NCBI RefSeq assembly: GCF_039654945.1
Contig: NW_027361679.1
Coordinates: 34,410,001-34,474,000, forward strand
Direction of reading: 5' to 3'
DNA: 64,000 bases
Origin: Dendrobates tinctorius
Lineage: Eukaryota
In this document: positions 12,587 to 25,467 of the stretch, one piece after another
How the letters are laid out: each line of letters opens with the position of its first letter
Position numbering within the stretch: position 1 is the stretch's first letter
Program-made: the position numbers and the translations under genes
Notes under the pieces: model-generated
Databases searched by the model: none
What the model was told of the DNA's origin: nothing
The model's input: only the letters and a program-made list of their open reading frames with translations

Positions 12587-12625
12587 GTTCCAAATTCAGA
12601 TTCAAATACTTCTGAAAATGTTGAG
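12587..12625 (+). CDS. DMP1: DMP1 small coding exon (VPNSDSNTSENVE)
   Basis: Acceptor ttcattttcccaacag, donor gtaagt, 39 nt, phase 0/0, Ser/Glu-rich like SCPP exon 3. Confidence 0.7.
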
Positions 12626-14225
12626 GTAAGTCACTATCTAGAAAAGGTTTCAATATTATAATTAGTTTTTAAAAGGGTTTTCTCGTTTCAGAAAACCCCT
12701 TACCCAGCTGAAGTTTGTTAAAAAAAAACCTGCTTTACTCACCTTCTGAGAGTCAGGTGCTGAGTATCCACTGCCTGACTCAATGTATATTATTTTCTGC
12801 AGAACTGATATCATGAGCTGATCAGAGCCATTGACCTTGCTTATTGGCTGCAACTCTGTCGATATGATGTCAAGACTGAAGGCAATAATAGACACTGAGA
12901 GCAGTGACGGAGACTCAGTGCTGGACTTGGGGAGGATGAATATTGCAAAGATGATTATAACAAATTACACCTTGGGAACTCCTTTTTTTTTTAGAAAGCC
13001 TAACAGCTAATTTCTGTTACCCAAAACTCAGGCTGCATGAGTCAGACACTGGCATTATCATTCCATCATTTCAGCCAAGTATGTTTTCTCTAAAACGCTG
13101 CAGATTTTCAGGAAAACATGCGTTTTAAAGCCGGCCAGGAACCATGCAGCTCAGGTGACTAGTGCAAAAGGCCAGGTTTAGGAGGTTTCACCCGCCTATC
13201 CTTGAGTGGTAGGTTTTACTTATATATTTGTGTAGGAAGAGATCTGTTAGTCATGGGGAGTGTGATGGAAAGAAGCCAAAGGAGACCTCAGACTAGTCAT
13301 CTGAGATGCAAGTGTAAGGTGCCCAGGATGGTAGTCGTGGCCAAGCTGCTGCTCTATAACTCCCTGGCACTTTACAAACAAATCGTGTCCCAGTGCACAA
13401 GTGTTGTGCCGTGCACATTGCATTGCACTCACATGTAGGTCAGAGCCCTCCACTGTGTCCACGTCATCAGTTCCAGGACCAACCACAGGCACATCAAAGG
13501 ACACATGATTCACTTTAACAAGTTCAACTTTACTGGGCACAGTTCAGTCACATCAGTCTTTGACATACAGTATTGGGCACAGCACTCTCCAGTTCTTGTT
13601 CCATCAACATAGAACAAAGAACAGTTCAATCATTTTCTTACATTCAGCTCGGACTATCCCTACTTTAACAGGTTCTGTTAGCCTTAGGGATTCCCCATTC
13701 GCCAAAGCAGTATTCCCGAGCTATGTTTTCCTCACCTCGCGCAGTTCCACGTCCATCTTCCTTTGTGTGATAAGGTTGTCAGTGCTCTCTATAGCTCCCG
13801 ACTTGAGCCTTAGCCTCCGGATGTTATTAGAATGTCCACTGGGAGTTTTGTATGAGCTCATACCACCTGATCATTTTGTCCACTCTGTGCTTCGGCCCAC
13901 TTCGCCTTGCCTCCAACGAACACTTTTACTAACTGACACCAACTAGGAAGTCATGAATCACAGAACAAAAGGGTTAAAAATTGACTTCTATTAATTATTT
14001 TCTAAAAGTCCAACAACAAAAAAACACACACCAAGTGAGTGGGGTAATAGGTAAAAAACCATTATGGATAGCAGCATATATTGTTAGGTAATATATTACA
14101 GTATTCCAGAGAAATATGCAGACCAATACCATATATACATCAGTAGAAAAATGGATGTAGTCAGCTCACCACTGTGTAGAGTCTTAGCTGCCAGCTAACA
14201 CCCAGCATGGTTCCAATTGAGCAAA

Positions 14226-14544
14226 CATGAACAGCAAAGCAGGAAGGAGGATCCAGCGAAGTTAGTAGCAGTTAAAAAATAGCTTTTAATCCATTTGCAA
14301 CAAAACATGGAAACAGGCTTAAATTGTTGGGTATAATGCATATTGATGACAGATCAACGTGTTTCGACTGTAAAAAGTCTTTGTCAAGATTTGATCTGAA
14401 AGTTGAAACGCGTTGATCTGTCATCAATGTGCATTTTACCCGACAATTTATGCCTGTTTCCATGTTTTATTGCAAATGGATTAAAAGCTATTTTTTAACT
14501 GCTACTAACTTTGCTGGATCCTCCTTCCTGCTTTGTTGTTCATA
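14226..14544. mobile_element. Penelope-like element terminus remnant forming a long inverted repeat
   Basis: Arms ~14226-14369 and ~14401-14544 are reverse complements; GAAACGCGT motif beside the centre. Confidence 0.65.
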
Positions 14545-14889
14545 TATACATCAGGGTTAGATATCTGCCCATGGGTAGTGCATTTAATCTCTAAACTACA
14601 GCATTAGGAACCACAGCTCATGTATTTTATGAAAAAACTCATCAAATACTAAACATGTATCATGTTCCTCTAGAGCAGTGATGGCGAACCTATGGCACGC
14701 GGGCCAGAGAGGGCACGCAGAGCCCTCTCAGCTGGCACGTGGCCTCGCCTCATGGATCCGGAGCTGCAGCTTCCTGTCTTTCAGGCTCTTACACATTGAG
14801 CAGCGTGGCTGCGGAGCTGAATGATGATGGCATCCATCTGCGGCTGCGCCTCTTGATGTGTGAGAGGAAGGAAGCTGCTGGCGCGTGGA

Positions 14890-16430
14890 GGTGAGTGTGG
14901 CCACTGGTGTGTGTGGCCGGCGGCCGCTGTGGGGTGTGTGTGTGGCCGCTGTTGTGTGTGCGTGTGGCCACTGTGGTGTGTGTGTGTGGTGAGTGTGGCC
15001 GCTGTGGTGTGCGTGTGTGTGTGTGTGGTCGCTGTGGTGTGTGTGTGCAGCCGCTGGTGTGTGTGTGATGGGGAGAGGGCCAATGATGGGAAGAGGGGAA
15101 TGATGGGAGTGATGGGGAGAGGGCTAATGATGGGAGTGATGGGGAGAGGGGAATGATGGGAGTGATGGGGAGAGGGCTAATGATGGGAGTCATGGGGAGA
15201 GGGGAATGATGGGGAGAGGGGAATGTGTTATGAACTGGTCACCGAGGAGGATGGCAGGAATAGGCTAGGCCACCAGGAAACCAGAAAGGTTGGTAACTTA
15301 GCGGATTGCAGACCCCTAATCCTAACAACACAACTAGCAGTAGCCGTGGGGTGTACCTACGATGCCCTACATGCCTCAGCACAGCCGGAGAGCTAACTAA
15401 GCCTAAAGCAAGAAAGGTCAAATCTAAACTGCCCCAGAGTAAAACCCCTAAGTAATAAATAGCCCCCAAACATATATTGTCGGTGAGACAAGATGAGACA
15501 CAAACGCAGGCAGAAAATAGACTGAGCAAATGATAGGGTCCAAACTGATTAGATAGGATAGGAAAGGAAAGACACTGACTGCAATCACACAAAAACCCTA
15601 AAAATCCAACATGTCTGATGTACAAAAAAACACTGAGGTCTAACGACCTCTCCCCCACTATATCAGCATTCTGGTATGAACTGGCAGCAAAGCAAAAGAG
15701 ACTAATATAACTGGGGACAGAACAAACTGACACAAGCTGTAACATGTGGCGTGGGTTCCAGCACTGCCCCAGCAGGGAGCACACTGAACCCTCACAGCAA
15801 AGCAGAAAGAGACAAAACCAAATCAGATGCAAAGGATTAGCAAATGAACAACTTAACTGAAAATGCAGGATCAGGCAGGAGACAGCAGACCTCAGAATGC
15901 ACAGGAAGAAAACTAATCACCTTCAGCCACTGAAGAAAGCCTGCTCACTTAAATACTCCAGTCAGTAACCCCTGATTTCCAATCATCGTCGTCAGGTGGC
16001 AGACTTCGGCCAGCTCCACTACCCACAGTAACCACCAGAGGGAGCCGCGACTCAGAAGTCAAATCGAGCTAGTTCACAACCGGAATGATGGGGAGAGGGG
16101 AGCGATGGGGAAGGGGAATGATGGGAGTGATGGGGAGAGGGGAATGATGTGGTGATGGAGAAGGTAATGATAGGGAGAGGGCCAATGATGGGGAGAGGGC
16201 TAATGATGGGAGTGATGGGGAGAGGGGAATGATGGGATGGAGAAGGCAGTGATGGGGAGAGGGGCAATGATGGGAGTTATGGAGAGAGGGGAATGATGGG
16301 AGTGATGGGGAGAGGGGAATGATGGGAGTGATGGGGAGAGGGCCAATGATGGGAGTGATGGGGAGAGTGCTAATGATGGGAGTGAAAGGGAGAGGGCAAT
16401 GATGGGGAGGAGGAAATGATGGAGGTGGTG
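14890..16430. repeat. GT-rich simple repeat, then ~26-bp G-rich minisatellite (gatggggagaggggaatgatgggagt), split by a solo LTR
   Basis: Units visible at 15065-15225 and 16082-16430. Confidence 0.85.
15226..16081 (-). mobile_element. Solo LTR, Gypsy (TGTT...AACA family)
   Basis: tgttatgaac...gttcacaac(c); similar to the LTRs at 53749 and 58453 (ggattgcagacccct, caactagcagtagcc); flanked by GGAATG on both sides. Confidence 0.85.
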
Positions 16431-16439
16431 GAATGGGCC

Positions 16440-17590
16440 ATTTCTACATGAAGGGGATTATGATGGGGCATATTTATGCATGAAGGGGATCATGATGGGG
16501 TATATTTCTGCATGAAGGGGATCATGATGGGGCATATTTCTACATGAAGGGGATCATGATGGGGCATATTTCTACATGAAGGGGATCATGATGGGGCATA
16601 TTTCTGCATGAAGGGGATCATGATGGGGATATTTCTGCATGAAGGGGATCATGATGGGGCATATTTCTACATGAAGGGGATCATGATGGGGCATATTTCT
16701 ACATGAAGGGGATCATGATGGGGCATATTTCTACATGAAGGGGATCATGATGGGGCATATTTCCGCATGAAGGGGATCATGATTGGGCATATTTCTGCAT
16801 GAAGGGGATCATGATGAGGCATTTCTACATGAAGGGGATCATGATTGGGCATATTTCTATCAGGATCCTGACAGCGCCTCCGGCGTACAGCCTCCGCTGA
16901 GCAGGGACTCACCCGCACTGTAGGGACCCCTGGGGACCAGAATAGCCAGAAAGTATAGGTGCACAGGACCTTAGTGATGCAGTTTAGCAAGGCGGCATGG
17001 GACCTATGTTCATGTGACTGCAAGGGGGTGTGGCTTAATGTCCTGCTTACACAGAAGACAGCAAACTCAGAGTCAGGCAAAACGGAGGTCGTTCAAAGTA
17101 CGGACAGCGAGGAACAGAAGGGGTAAACAGACGGGAGGTCAGACAAAGCCAAAGGTCATACACAAGAGGGCGACGTGGTACCAAGGGGACGAGCAGAGAG
17201 AAGTCGGGTCACAAGCAGAGAGTCATACACGAGAGGTAGCACAGTACAAGAGGGACAGGCAGAACTCGTAACAGGGACAGAACCGAATCAAAACCGAACA
17301 AGCAAGCAAGATATCAGGCACAAGGCACACATACGCACAAGGTCAACTAACTCAGCAGTGGGCAGGAGTATAACTGACACCGGACCTAGGTCCAGTGAGA
17401 ATTAAATAGCCGCCCTCTGCCAGGGAGAGGCGGAATAATTAACCCCCAATCAGACCAGGACGGGCCAAAGCGAAACCCCCTCCTGGATCATGACAATTTC
17501 TACATGAAGGGGACCAGGATGGGGCATATTTCTGCATGAAGGGGGTCATGATGGGGCATATTACTACAAGAAGGGGATCATGATGGGGCG
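16440..17590. repeat. 32-bp minisatellite (atttctacatgaaggggatcatgatggggcat), split by a solo LTR
   Basis: Period 32 (e.g. 16561 to 16593). Confidence 0.9.
16858..17495 (-). mobile_element. Solo LTR, Gypsy-type
   Basis: t(a)tcaggatc...gatcatgaca termini, perfect 5-bp TSD ATTTC (16853-57, 17496-500). Confidence 0.8.
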
Positions 17591-18799
17591 CTTGGCACGT
17601 GTTGGCACTTTGTCATAAATAATTGGGTTTTAGGTTGCAGTTTGGGCACTCGGTCTCAGAAAGGTTCACCATCACTGCTCTAGAGAGTACAACCTCATCT
17701 CTCGGGACCATAATCATGCATTTGTGGTATGACGCGGGGTCCCGATCGCTGCCATGGAGACCCGATGTTGTCATGTCCAAAGCTGAGAGACTTCCTGTTA
17801 TGCGCAGTGCATGTCAGGAAGTCTCTCAGGTTAGTGAGAAATCCATGCAGCGTTGACCGCTTCTATGGCATGCAGCTCTGCATGCTATAGAAGCGATCAG
17901 AATGCAAAAAATAAGTGTCCCATAGTGGGACAAGGTGTAAAAGTAAGAATTAAATAAAAAAAAATTTAATAATTGGAAAAATATTTAAAAAAAAATTAAA
18001 ATTAAAAAATTCAATATTTATTCCATCAATAAATAAATATTTAAATAAAAAATCTAAACAATAAAAGTACACATATTTAGTATCACTGTGTCCGTAATGA
18101 TCCGACCTATAAAACTGCACACTAGTTAACCCCTTTAGTGAACACCATTAAAAAAACAAGGCAAAAAAACAATGCTTTATCATCATACCGCCAAACAAAA
18201 AGTGGAATAACACGCGATCAAAAAGATGGATATAAATAAACATGGTACCGCTGAAACATCATCTTGGCCCGCAAAAAACAAGCTGCCATATAGCTCCATC
18301 ACCGGAAAAATAAAAAAGTTATAGCTCTCAGAATAAAGCAATACAAAAATAATTATTTTTTTATATAAAAGTTTTTATTGTATAAAAGCTCCAATGCATA
18401 AAAATTGATAGGTATAAAGGTATAAAGGCCCCCCAAAAGAAATTCATGAATTGCTGTTTTTTGTTCATTCTGCCTCCCAAAAATTGGAATAAAAAGCGAT
18501 CAAAAAATGTCATGTGCCCGAAAATGATATCAATAAAAACATCCACTCGTCCCACAAGAAACAAAACCTTGCATGACTCTGTGGGCCAAAATATGGAAAC
18601 ATTATAGCTCACAAAATGTGGTGATGCAAAAACTATTTTTTGCAATAAAAAGCGTCTTTTAGTGTGTGACAGCTGCCAAACATTAAAACCCGCTATAAAA
18701 ACGTGCTATAAATAGTAAATCAAACCCCCCTTTACCACCCCCTTATTTAGGGAAAAATAATAAAATAAAAAAATGTATTTATTTCCATTTTCTCATTAT

Positions 18800-18962
18800 G
18801 GTTAGGGTTGGGGTTGGGATTTGGGTTAAAGTTAGGGTTAGGGTAGGAGCTGAAGTTAGGGTTAGGGTTGGGGCTAAAGGTAGGGTTAGGTTTGTGGTTA
18901 AGGTTATGGTTAGGGTTGAGATTAGGGTTAGGGGTGTGCTGGGGTTAGGGTTGGAGTTAGAA
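18800..18962 (+). repeat. Degenerate (TTAGGG)n interstitial telomere-like tract
   Basis: gttagggtt units mixed with gttggg and gctaaa hexamers. Confidence 0.8.
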
Positions 18963-20412
18963 TTGGTGAGTTTCCACTGTTTAGGCACATCAGGGGCTCT
19001 CCAAATGCAACATGGCATCTGATCTCAATTCCAGCCAATTTTGCATTGAAAAGTCAAGTGGCGCTCCTTCCCTTCCAAGCTCTGCCATGTGCCCAAACAG
19101 TGGTTTACCCCATATAGGGTATCAGCATACTTAGGACAAATTGCACAACAATTTTTAGGGTCCAATTTCTCCAGTTACCCTTGGGAAAATAAAAAACTGG
19201 GGGCAAAAAGATCATTTTTGTGAAAAAAATATGATTTTTTATTTTTACAGCTCTACATTATAAACTTCTACTTTCCAAAATGGTGTCACTTGTGGGGGGT
19301 TTCCACTGTTTAGGCACATTGGCGGCTCTCCAAACGCGACTTGGTGTCTGATCTCAATTCCAGCCTATTTTGCATTGAAAAGTCAAACGGCGCTCCTTCC
19401 CTTCCGAGCTCTGCCATGTGCCCAGACAGTGGTGTACTGCATGTGACGCTTCGGGGATGGGCAGCGTCCGAGAGTGGACCCTCTGGGTCACGGAGCTGAG
19501 GCCCCCGAGGGTGAGCGCGCCAGGTGGTACCAACCCCTATACAGGGACTGTTAGGGGCAGGCCCGCGGGAGTCAGACACCGCGACAGCTGGAACCAAGAG
19601 GGGCGGCTCGAAGGACCAGTTAAAGCTACAGATTAGTACCAGGAGCCAAAAGAGAAAACCAGCAGGCAGGAGAAGCAGGGCAGAGATTGGACAGACACTG
19701 GGAGGCGGACACAGGAAGGAGGTCAGGACAGACTCAAACGCAGGAAACAGAGACAAGGTGGAACGGATACCACGCAGGAGAAAGGATAATAGAAACTTAA
19801 GGCTGAGACACCCGAGGCAGAGACAGGAGGAACCACAGGACAAGGAGAATGGACATAAGCACTCTATAGGGTGCAGGAAATAGCACGAGATAACCAGGCA
19901 TCCTCCCATTATGGGAGATGCCTGATATATGCCCTGCCAGGAGGTGATTGACTGGGCCAGCCCACAGGAAACGCCCACCACCGGGTTAAGGAAGCCGCAG
20001 GGTGCACGCCCGCGGCCTAAGGTGCCTGCACGGCACCGCAGCTGACAAGGAGGGAGAAGGTGGACACATGCGGGAGACGGGAACAGCGCGGCAGGACAGG
20101 ACTGGGTAAGAGGAGGCAGCGGCGGGTCCCGCTGCAGATGGGACGGCGGCGGGCCTGACCGCCGATGTCACAGTATCCCCCTCCTTACATCTCCCCCTTC
20201 TGAGATTTGCCAAAAACTTTTTCAGAATGCATGGGGCGTTAATATTCTCCCGAGGCTCCCAGGACCTCTCCTCGGGACCAAATCCTTTCCAATCAATAAG
20301 GAAGAAGGTTCTTCCCCTGACTTTCTTCATGGCTAGAATATCTTTTACTTCAAAGACGTTATCGGCCCCAATTGGCTGAGGGGAAAGAATTGGAGCCGGC
20401 GAAGCCGATTAA

Positions 20413-22427
20413 GGCTATGTGCACACACTGCAGATTTATCTGCGTTTTTTTTCTGACCCAAAACCGCAGCTGTTGGCATAAACCGCAGGTCTCTCCCTTC
20501 TGCGTTTTTGCTGCGGTTTTGCTGCGGTTTTTACCTGCAGTTTTGTCTGCGTTTTTTGAGGGAATGATACCCATAAAGTTTATAAAAACAACACTGGAGA
20601 AAATTTTTTTTAAAAAAAATGACGTGGGGGTCCCCCATATTTTAGGGCCAGAAAGACTAAGCAGACAAGTGCGAGCTGATATTTCCAACCTGGGAAGGGG
20701 TTAATATCCATGTCCCCTTTCCCAGGCTACGAATATGAGCCCGCAGCTGTCTGCGTAGCCTCTCTGGCTCTAAAAAAAAGGGAGACCCCCCCAAAAAAAT
20801 GACGTGGGGGTCCCCCATATTTTAGGGCCAGAAAGGCTAAGCAGACAGCTGCGGGCTCATATTCATAGCCTAGGAAGGGGTCATGGACATTGTCCCCCCC
20901 CCGGCTACAAATATGAGCCCGCAGCCGCCCCAGAAATGGCGCATCTGTAAGATGCGCCAATCCCGGCACTTAGCCCCTCTCTTCCCACTCCCGCTCCACG
21001 GCGGCGGGATGTGGGGTAATAAAGGGGTTAATGCCACCTTTGATTGACAGGTGACATTAACTCCGGTTAATAATGGAGAGGCGTCAATAAGACGCCGATC
21101 CATTATTAAGCCCATAGAAACCATTTTTTTTAAAAAAACACAGACACAAACAAAAACATTTTTATTGAAATAAAAAAACATTGTTTTTGACTAATTTTTT
21201 CATTGTACCCTCAATCCTATGCGACGCCCTCGATCACCTAAAAAAAAACAAAAAAAAACAAGCCAATTCTATACCTACCGTTCCGTCGCAGTCCATTCAA
21301 CGAGTGTCCCATGACGATCTGACATGGAGAACAGTCACATCAGGTGATGTGACCATTCTCCATGCCTGCAGAAACACACTGACAGGAGCTCTGCTCCTGC
21401 AGTGTGTTACTGCGCATGTGCCAAGAGTTTACCTGAGTTCAGTGACTCAGGTAACCTCCTTTACGGCACTGCTGTGTGGGAAAGGTCAAACGCAGCAGAA
21501 GAGCCGTAAAGCGAGGTCCTGGAGCGGCCGAACACCGGAAAACTCGGCGATACACTGCAGGAGCACCGCTCCTGCCAGTGTATCGCCCGAGGACTGCTGA
21601 GATCGCCGCAGGACACTCTATTTTTGGATTTCTGCGGACAGGGAGTATTTTGTGGTTTTTTATTTTATTTTTTTCCCTAGGTGATCAAGGGCTTCGGGGA
21701 ACAAAATGTGCTGTATGTGGTGAGTATGTATTCTATGTTGTATGTTGTATGTCATGTCTGTCATGTATACATGTATTCTATGTTGTATGTCATGTTTGTG
21801 TTTTTTGTTACATGTTTTAACACTTTGTGCTCGGTCGCCCCAGGGACTACTCTCCCGTCCTATAGGCGGATGGGAGCAGCAGTCCCATGTGGTGATCGAG
21901 CACAATAGGGGGCCTACTGCCGCATGGACACTCTCCGGACACACACAGACTGACACACAGACAGACACACACACAGACAGATGCACACACAAACATACAA
22001 ACATACATACCAGATCTATCAGACACCCCACATCAATGTCCATGCGACGGTAGGCCATGGCGACGTCTTCTTCCCTCCTCCCACACACTTCCTCTTCCGC
22101 CCCCTCACTTCCTTATCCTGCGGTTTTTACACCCCAAACCGCAGCAAAAACCGCAGATCTTTTTACATCTGCGGTTTTAGCTGCGGAATATAGTGACTCA
22201 ATGCAAGTCTATGGGTGCAAAACCGCTGCAGAACCGCAGAAATAATTGACATGCTGCGGAAAAAAAAGGTGCTTTTCCGCACGTTTTTTTCCCGCAGCGT
22301 GTGCACAGCGGCTTTGCAAACCCATAGAGTAACATGGCAATGTACACTGTCTGCGGAACTGCTGCGGTTCCGCAGGACTAATACCGCTGCGGAACCGCAG
22401 CAAAAACCGCAGCGTGTGCACATACCC
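20413..22427. mobile_element. Non-autonomous Harbinger-type element inserted in the Gypsy integrase/chromodomain region
   Basis: 14-bp TIR GGCTATGTGCACAC / GGGTATGTGCACAC, flanks TAA/GAA, subterminal CCGCAG/CTGCGG repeats. Confidence 0.8.
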
Positions 22428-24024
22428 GAATCACAGGTTTAAGGAGCGAGACATGGAAGGCGTTAGGGACCCAGAGTGAAGCCAGCAACCTCAATTTATA
22501 AGCCACATCGTTGATGCGTCCAAGTACATCAAAGGGCCTGATGTACTGGGGACTCAACTTGTAAGAAGGGACTTTCAGGCGGATATGCTTGGTTGAAAGC
22601 CAGACTTTGTCACCAGGATGGTATGGTGGAAGATCCCTCTGTCTCTTGTCTGCATGTTTTTTTAATCCGGGCACTGGAGTTCACGAGAGCCTCCCTGGTC
22701 TCCCTCCAGACTTGCGAAAATTCTAACGTGAGAGCATCCGCTGCGGGGACCCCCAAAGATGTGGAAATGGGCAGTGGAACACCAGGGTTCTAGCCTGAGA
22801 CCACAAAAAACGGTGACTTGGAGGTGGATTCACTAGGATGATTGCTATGGGTGAATTCGGCCCAAGGAAGAAGCGAAACCCAATTGTCTTGATGGGCGTT
22901 GGAAAGGTGATGCAGATAGGATGTCAGAACTTGATTAATCCGTTCCACTTGCCCATTGGTCTGAGGATGATAGGCGGAGGAGAAATCCAGAGACATACCC
23001 ATAAGCCGACTGAGAGCTCTCCAGAATCGGGAGGTAAACTGGACTCCTCAATCAGACACAATCCGTTGCGGGAGGCCATGCAGTTTGAAGATCTGATGGA
23101 TGAAGATCTGGGCCATCTTGGAGAAGTGGTCTGCTACCACTAGGATAGTAGTACACCCAGAAGAGAGAGGCAGGTCCTTTACGAAATCCATGGCGATTTG
23201 CTGCCAAGGAGCTTATGGAAGAGGCAACGGGTGAAGAAGACTGGAAGGCAGGCTCCTTGGTACCTTATTCTGAGCACAGGTCGTACAGGAAGCTATGTAA
23301 TCTGTCACATCCTGGTGAAGAGAGGGCCACCAGTAGTAGCGAGAGAGAAGCATGAGGGTCTTCTTGGTCCCGACGTGTCCTGCAATCTTGGAGGAATGCC
23401 CCCAGCGTAGCACCTCCAGTCTTTTGCTTTGTGGAATGAAGGTTTTGCCCGGCAGAGGAGTGGAGAGGCTCACTGGCACCACAGTGATAACTTTGGCAGG
23501 TAAGATGATATACAATGGGACCTCCTCCATCTCAGGCGACTGCAGCGACCTGGAGAGTGCATCCACCTTGGTGTTCCTATGCCCGGGTCGAAAATGGAGC
23601 TTGAAGTCGAAGCAAGAGAAATACAAAGACCACCTGGCTTGCCTGGAGTTGAGTCTTTGGGCAGACTGGAGATAGGCTAGGTTCTTGTGATCAGTGAAGA
23701 GAGTAAAGGGGTGAACCACCCCTTCCAGCAGATACCGCCATTCCTCCAGCGCCATCTTAATGGCCAGCAACTCTCGATCTCTGATTGAATAGTTGCACTC
23801 AGCAGGGGAAAAAGATCTGGAAAAGAACCCGCAGGGGACCAGATGCTCAGACGATGCTCACTGGGAAAGAACCGCCCCAGCTCCGGTGGAGGAGGCATCC
23901 ACCACTACGACGAAGGGCCTACTGGCTACGGGCGATGTAAGATCGGTGCTGACGCAATGGAGCGTTTCAGGGTAAGAAAGGCGTCTTCGGCCTCAGGAGG
24001 CCATGGGTTCGGTTTAGTTCCTTT

Positions 24025-25467
24025 TCAGGTCAGGGCTGAGATGGGCTTGGTCACTGAGGAGAAGTGAGGAACAAACTGCCTGTAATAATTTGTGAAGCCT
24101 AGAAAGCGCTGGATGGCTTTTACTCTGACTGGACGAGTCCATTTGAGTACAGCAGAGAGCTTCTCGGGATCCATCTTCAACCCGGAATCCGTAATTATAT
24201 ATCCCAAGAAGGGCAACGAAGTTTGCTCAAACAGGCATTTCTCCAATTTTGCGTGGAGTCGATTCTCTCGAAGGCGTTGCAGAACCAGGCGAACACTCTT
24301 CTGATGGGAGGTCAAATCGAGTGAAAAGATGAAGATATCATCTAAATACACCACGACACAGCAGTACAACAAATCCCGAAAGACCTCGTTAACGAATTCT
24401 TGGAACACAGGCGGGGCATTGCAGAGTCCAAACAACATGACCAAATATTCATAATGGCCATCCCGAGTATTGAAAGCCATCTTCCACTCATCCCCAGTGC
24501 AGATTCGGATCAAATTATAGGCTCCCCATAGGTCCAATTTGGTAAAGACCCGAGCTCCCCTCAGACGGTCAAAGAATTCCGGAATTAGCGGAAGAGGATA
24601 CCGATTTTTAATGGTGATATTGTTCAGGCCTCGATAGTCAATACATGGCCGAAGGGATCCGTCTTTCTTCCGGACAAAGAAAAAACCTGTGCCTGCAGGG
24701 GAAGATGACTTCCGAATGAAACCCTTGGCCAAGTTCTCCCGAATGTACTCTGACATGGCCGAGGTTTCAGCTGGGGACAGGGTCTTTTCTCTCGCAGATT
24801 CACAAGAGCGTTCCAGGAACCGTAAATCTATACGGGTGGCCAGGGATATGAGGTCCTCCAGGGTGGTAGGGGTGTCCTGACCGGCAAGCTCATCTTTTAT
24901 TTTGCCTGAGAGCCTCCTCCAGAAGGCTCCAACCAGAGCCTCATTATTCCAGCGTAGCTCCAAGGACAGGGTCCGGAAGTGGATGGTGTACTGTCCTACG
25001 GTAAGGGAACCCTGACAGAGGTTAAAAAGAGCCTCAGTAGTAGAAGCCAACCATCCAGGCTCGTCAAATACCTTGCGGAACGTGTCCAGAAAATGTTGTA
25101 TACTCGAAACCACAGGGTCATCCCTCTCCCACAAAGGATTCACCCAGGCCAAAGCCTCCCCCTCAAAGTGGGACACTATAAACGCCACCTTGGCTCCATC
25201 GGAGGGGTATTGCTGGGGTAGAAGCTTGAAGTGCAGTCTGCACTGGTTTAAGAAACCCCGGCATAGCTTAGGGTCCCCGCTGTACCTGGGGGGCTTCCCC
25301 AGGCGAGGTGGCGGGTGAAATGCTGGGTCCCGGGGTTGGATCGAGGAGGCCGCAGAGGACTGCAGGGACTGCAGTCGATCATCGACGGACGCCATGTAAC
25401 TCAGGATGTGGGACTGGTCATCGCGCTGCTGCGCGAGCTCCTGCTGGAGACCTGCTAACAGGAGCAT
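24025..25467 (-). pseudogene. In-frame gag-RT fusion ORF (protease deleted) of the Gypsy element
   Basis: Gag motif ATRIDLRF...AREKT joins directly to RT start [23 protein letters not shown]; no DSG protease motif. Confidence 0.85.

Larger units (their letters stand above)
14676..17677. mobile_element. Non-autonomous hAT (Charlie-type) element carrying minisatellites and two solo LTRs
   Basis: TIR CAGTGATGGCGAACCT / AGGTTCACCATCACTG, perfect 8-bp TSD CTCTAGAG (14668-75, 17678-85). Confidence 0.92.

Noticed and set aside
13200-13980. Possible LTR remnant or exon in the DMP1 intron
   Set aside because: No clear termini, TSD or coding motif could be supported.
16440-17590. CRISPR-like array (also 3432-3774, 8330-9190, 44533-45147)
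   Set aside because: Head-to-tail repeats with no unique spacers, no cas genes, and a vertebrate context.
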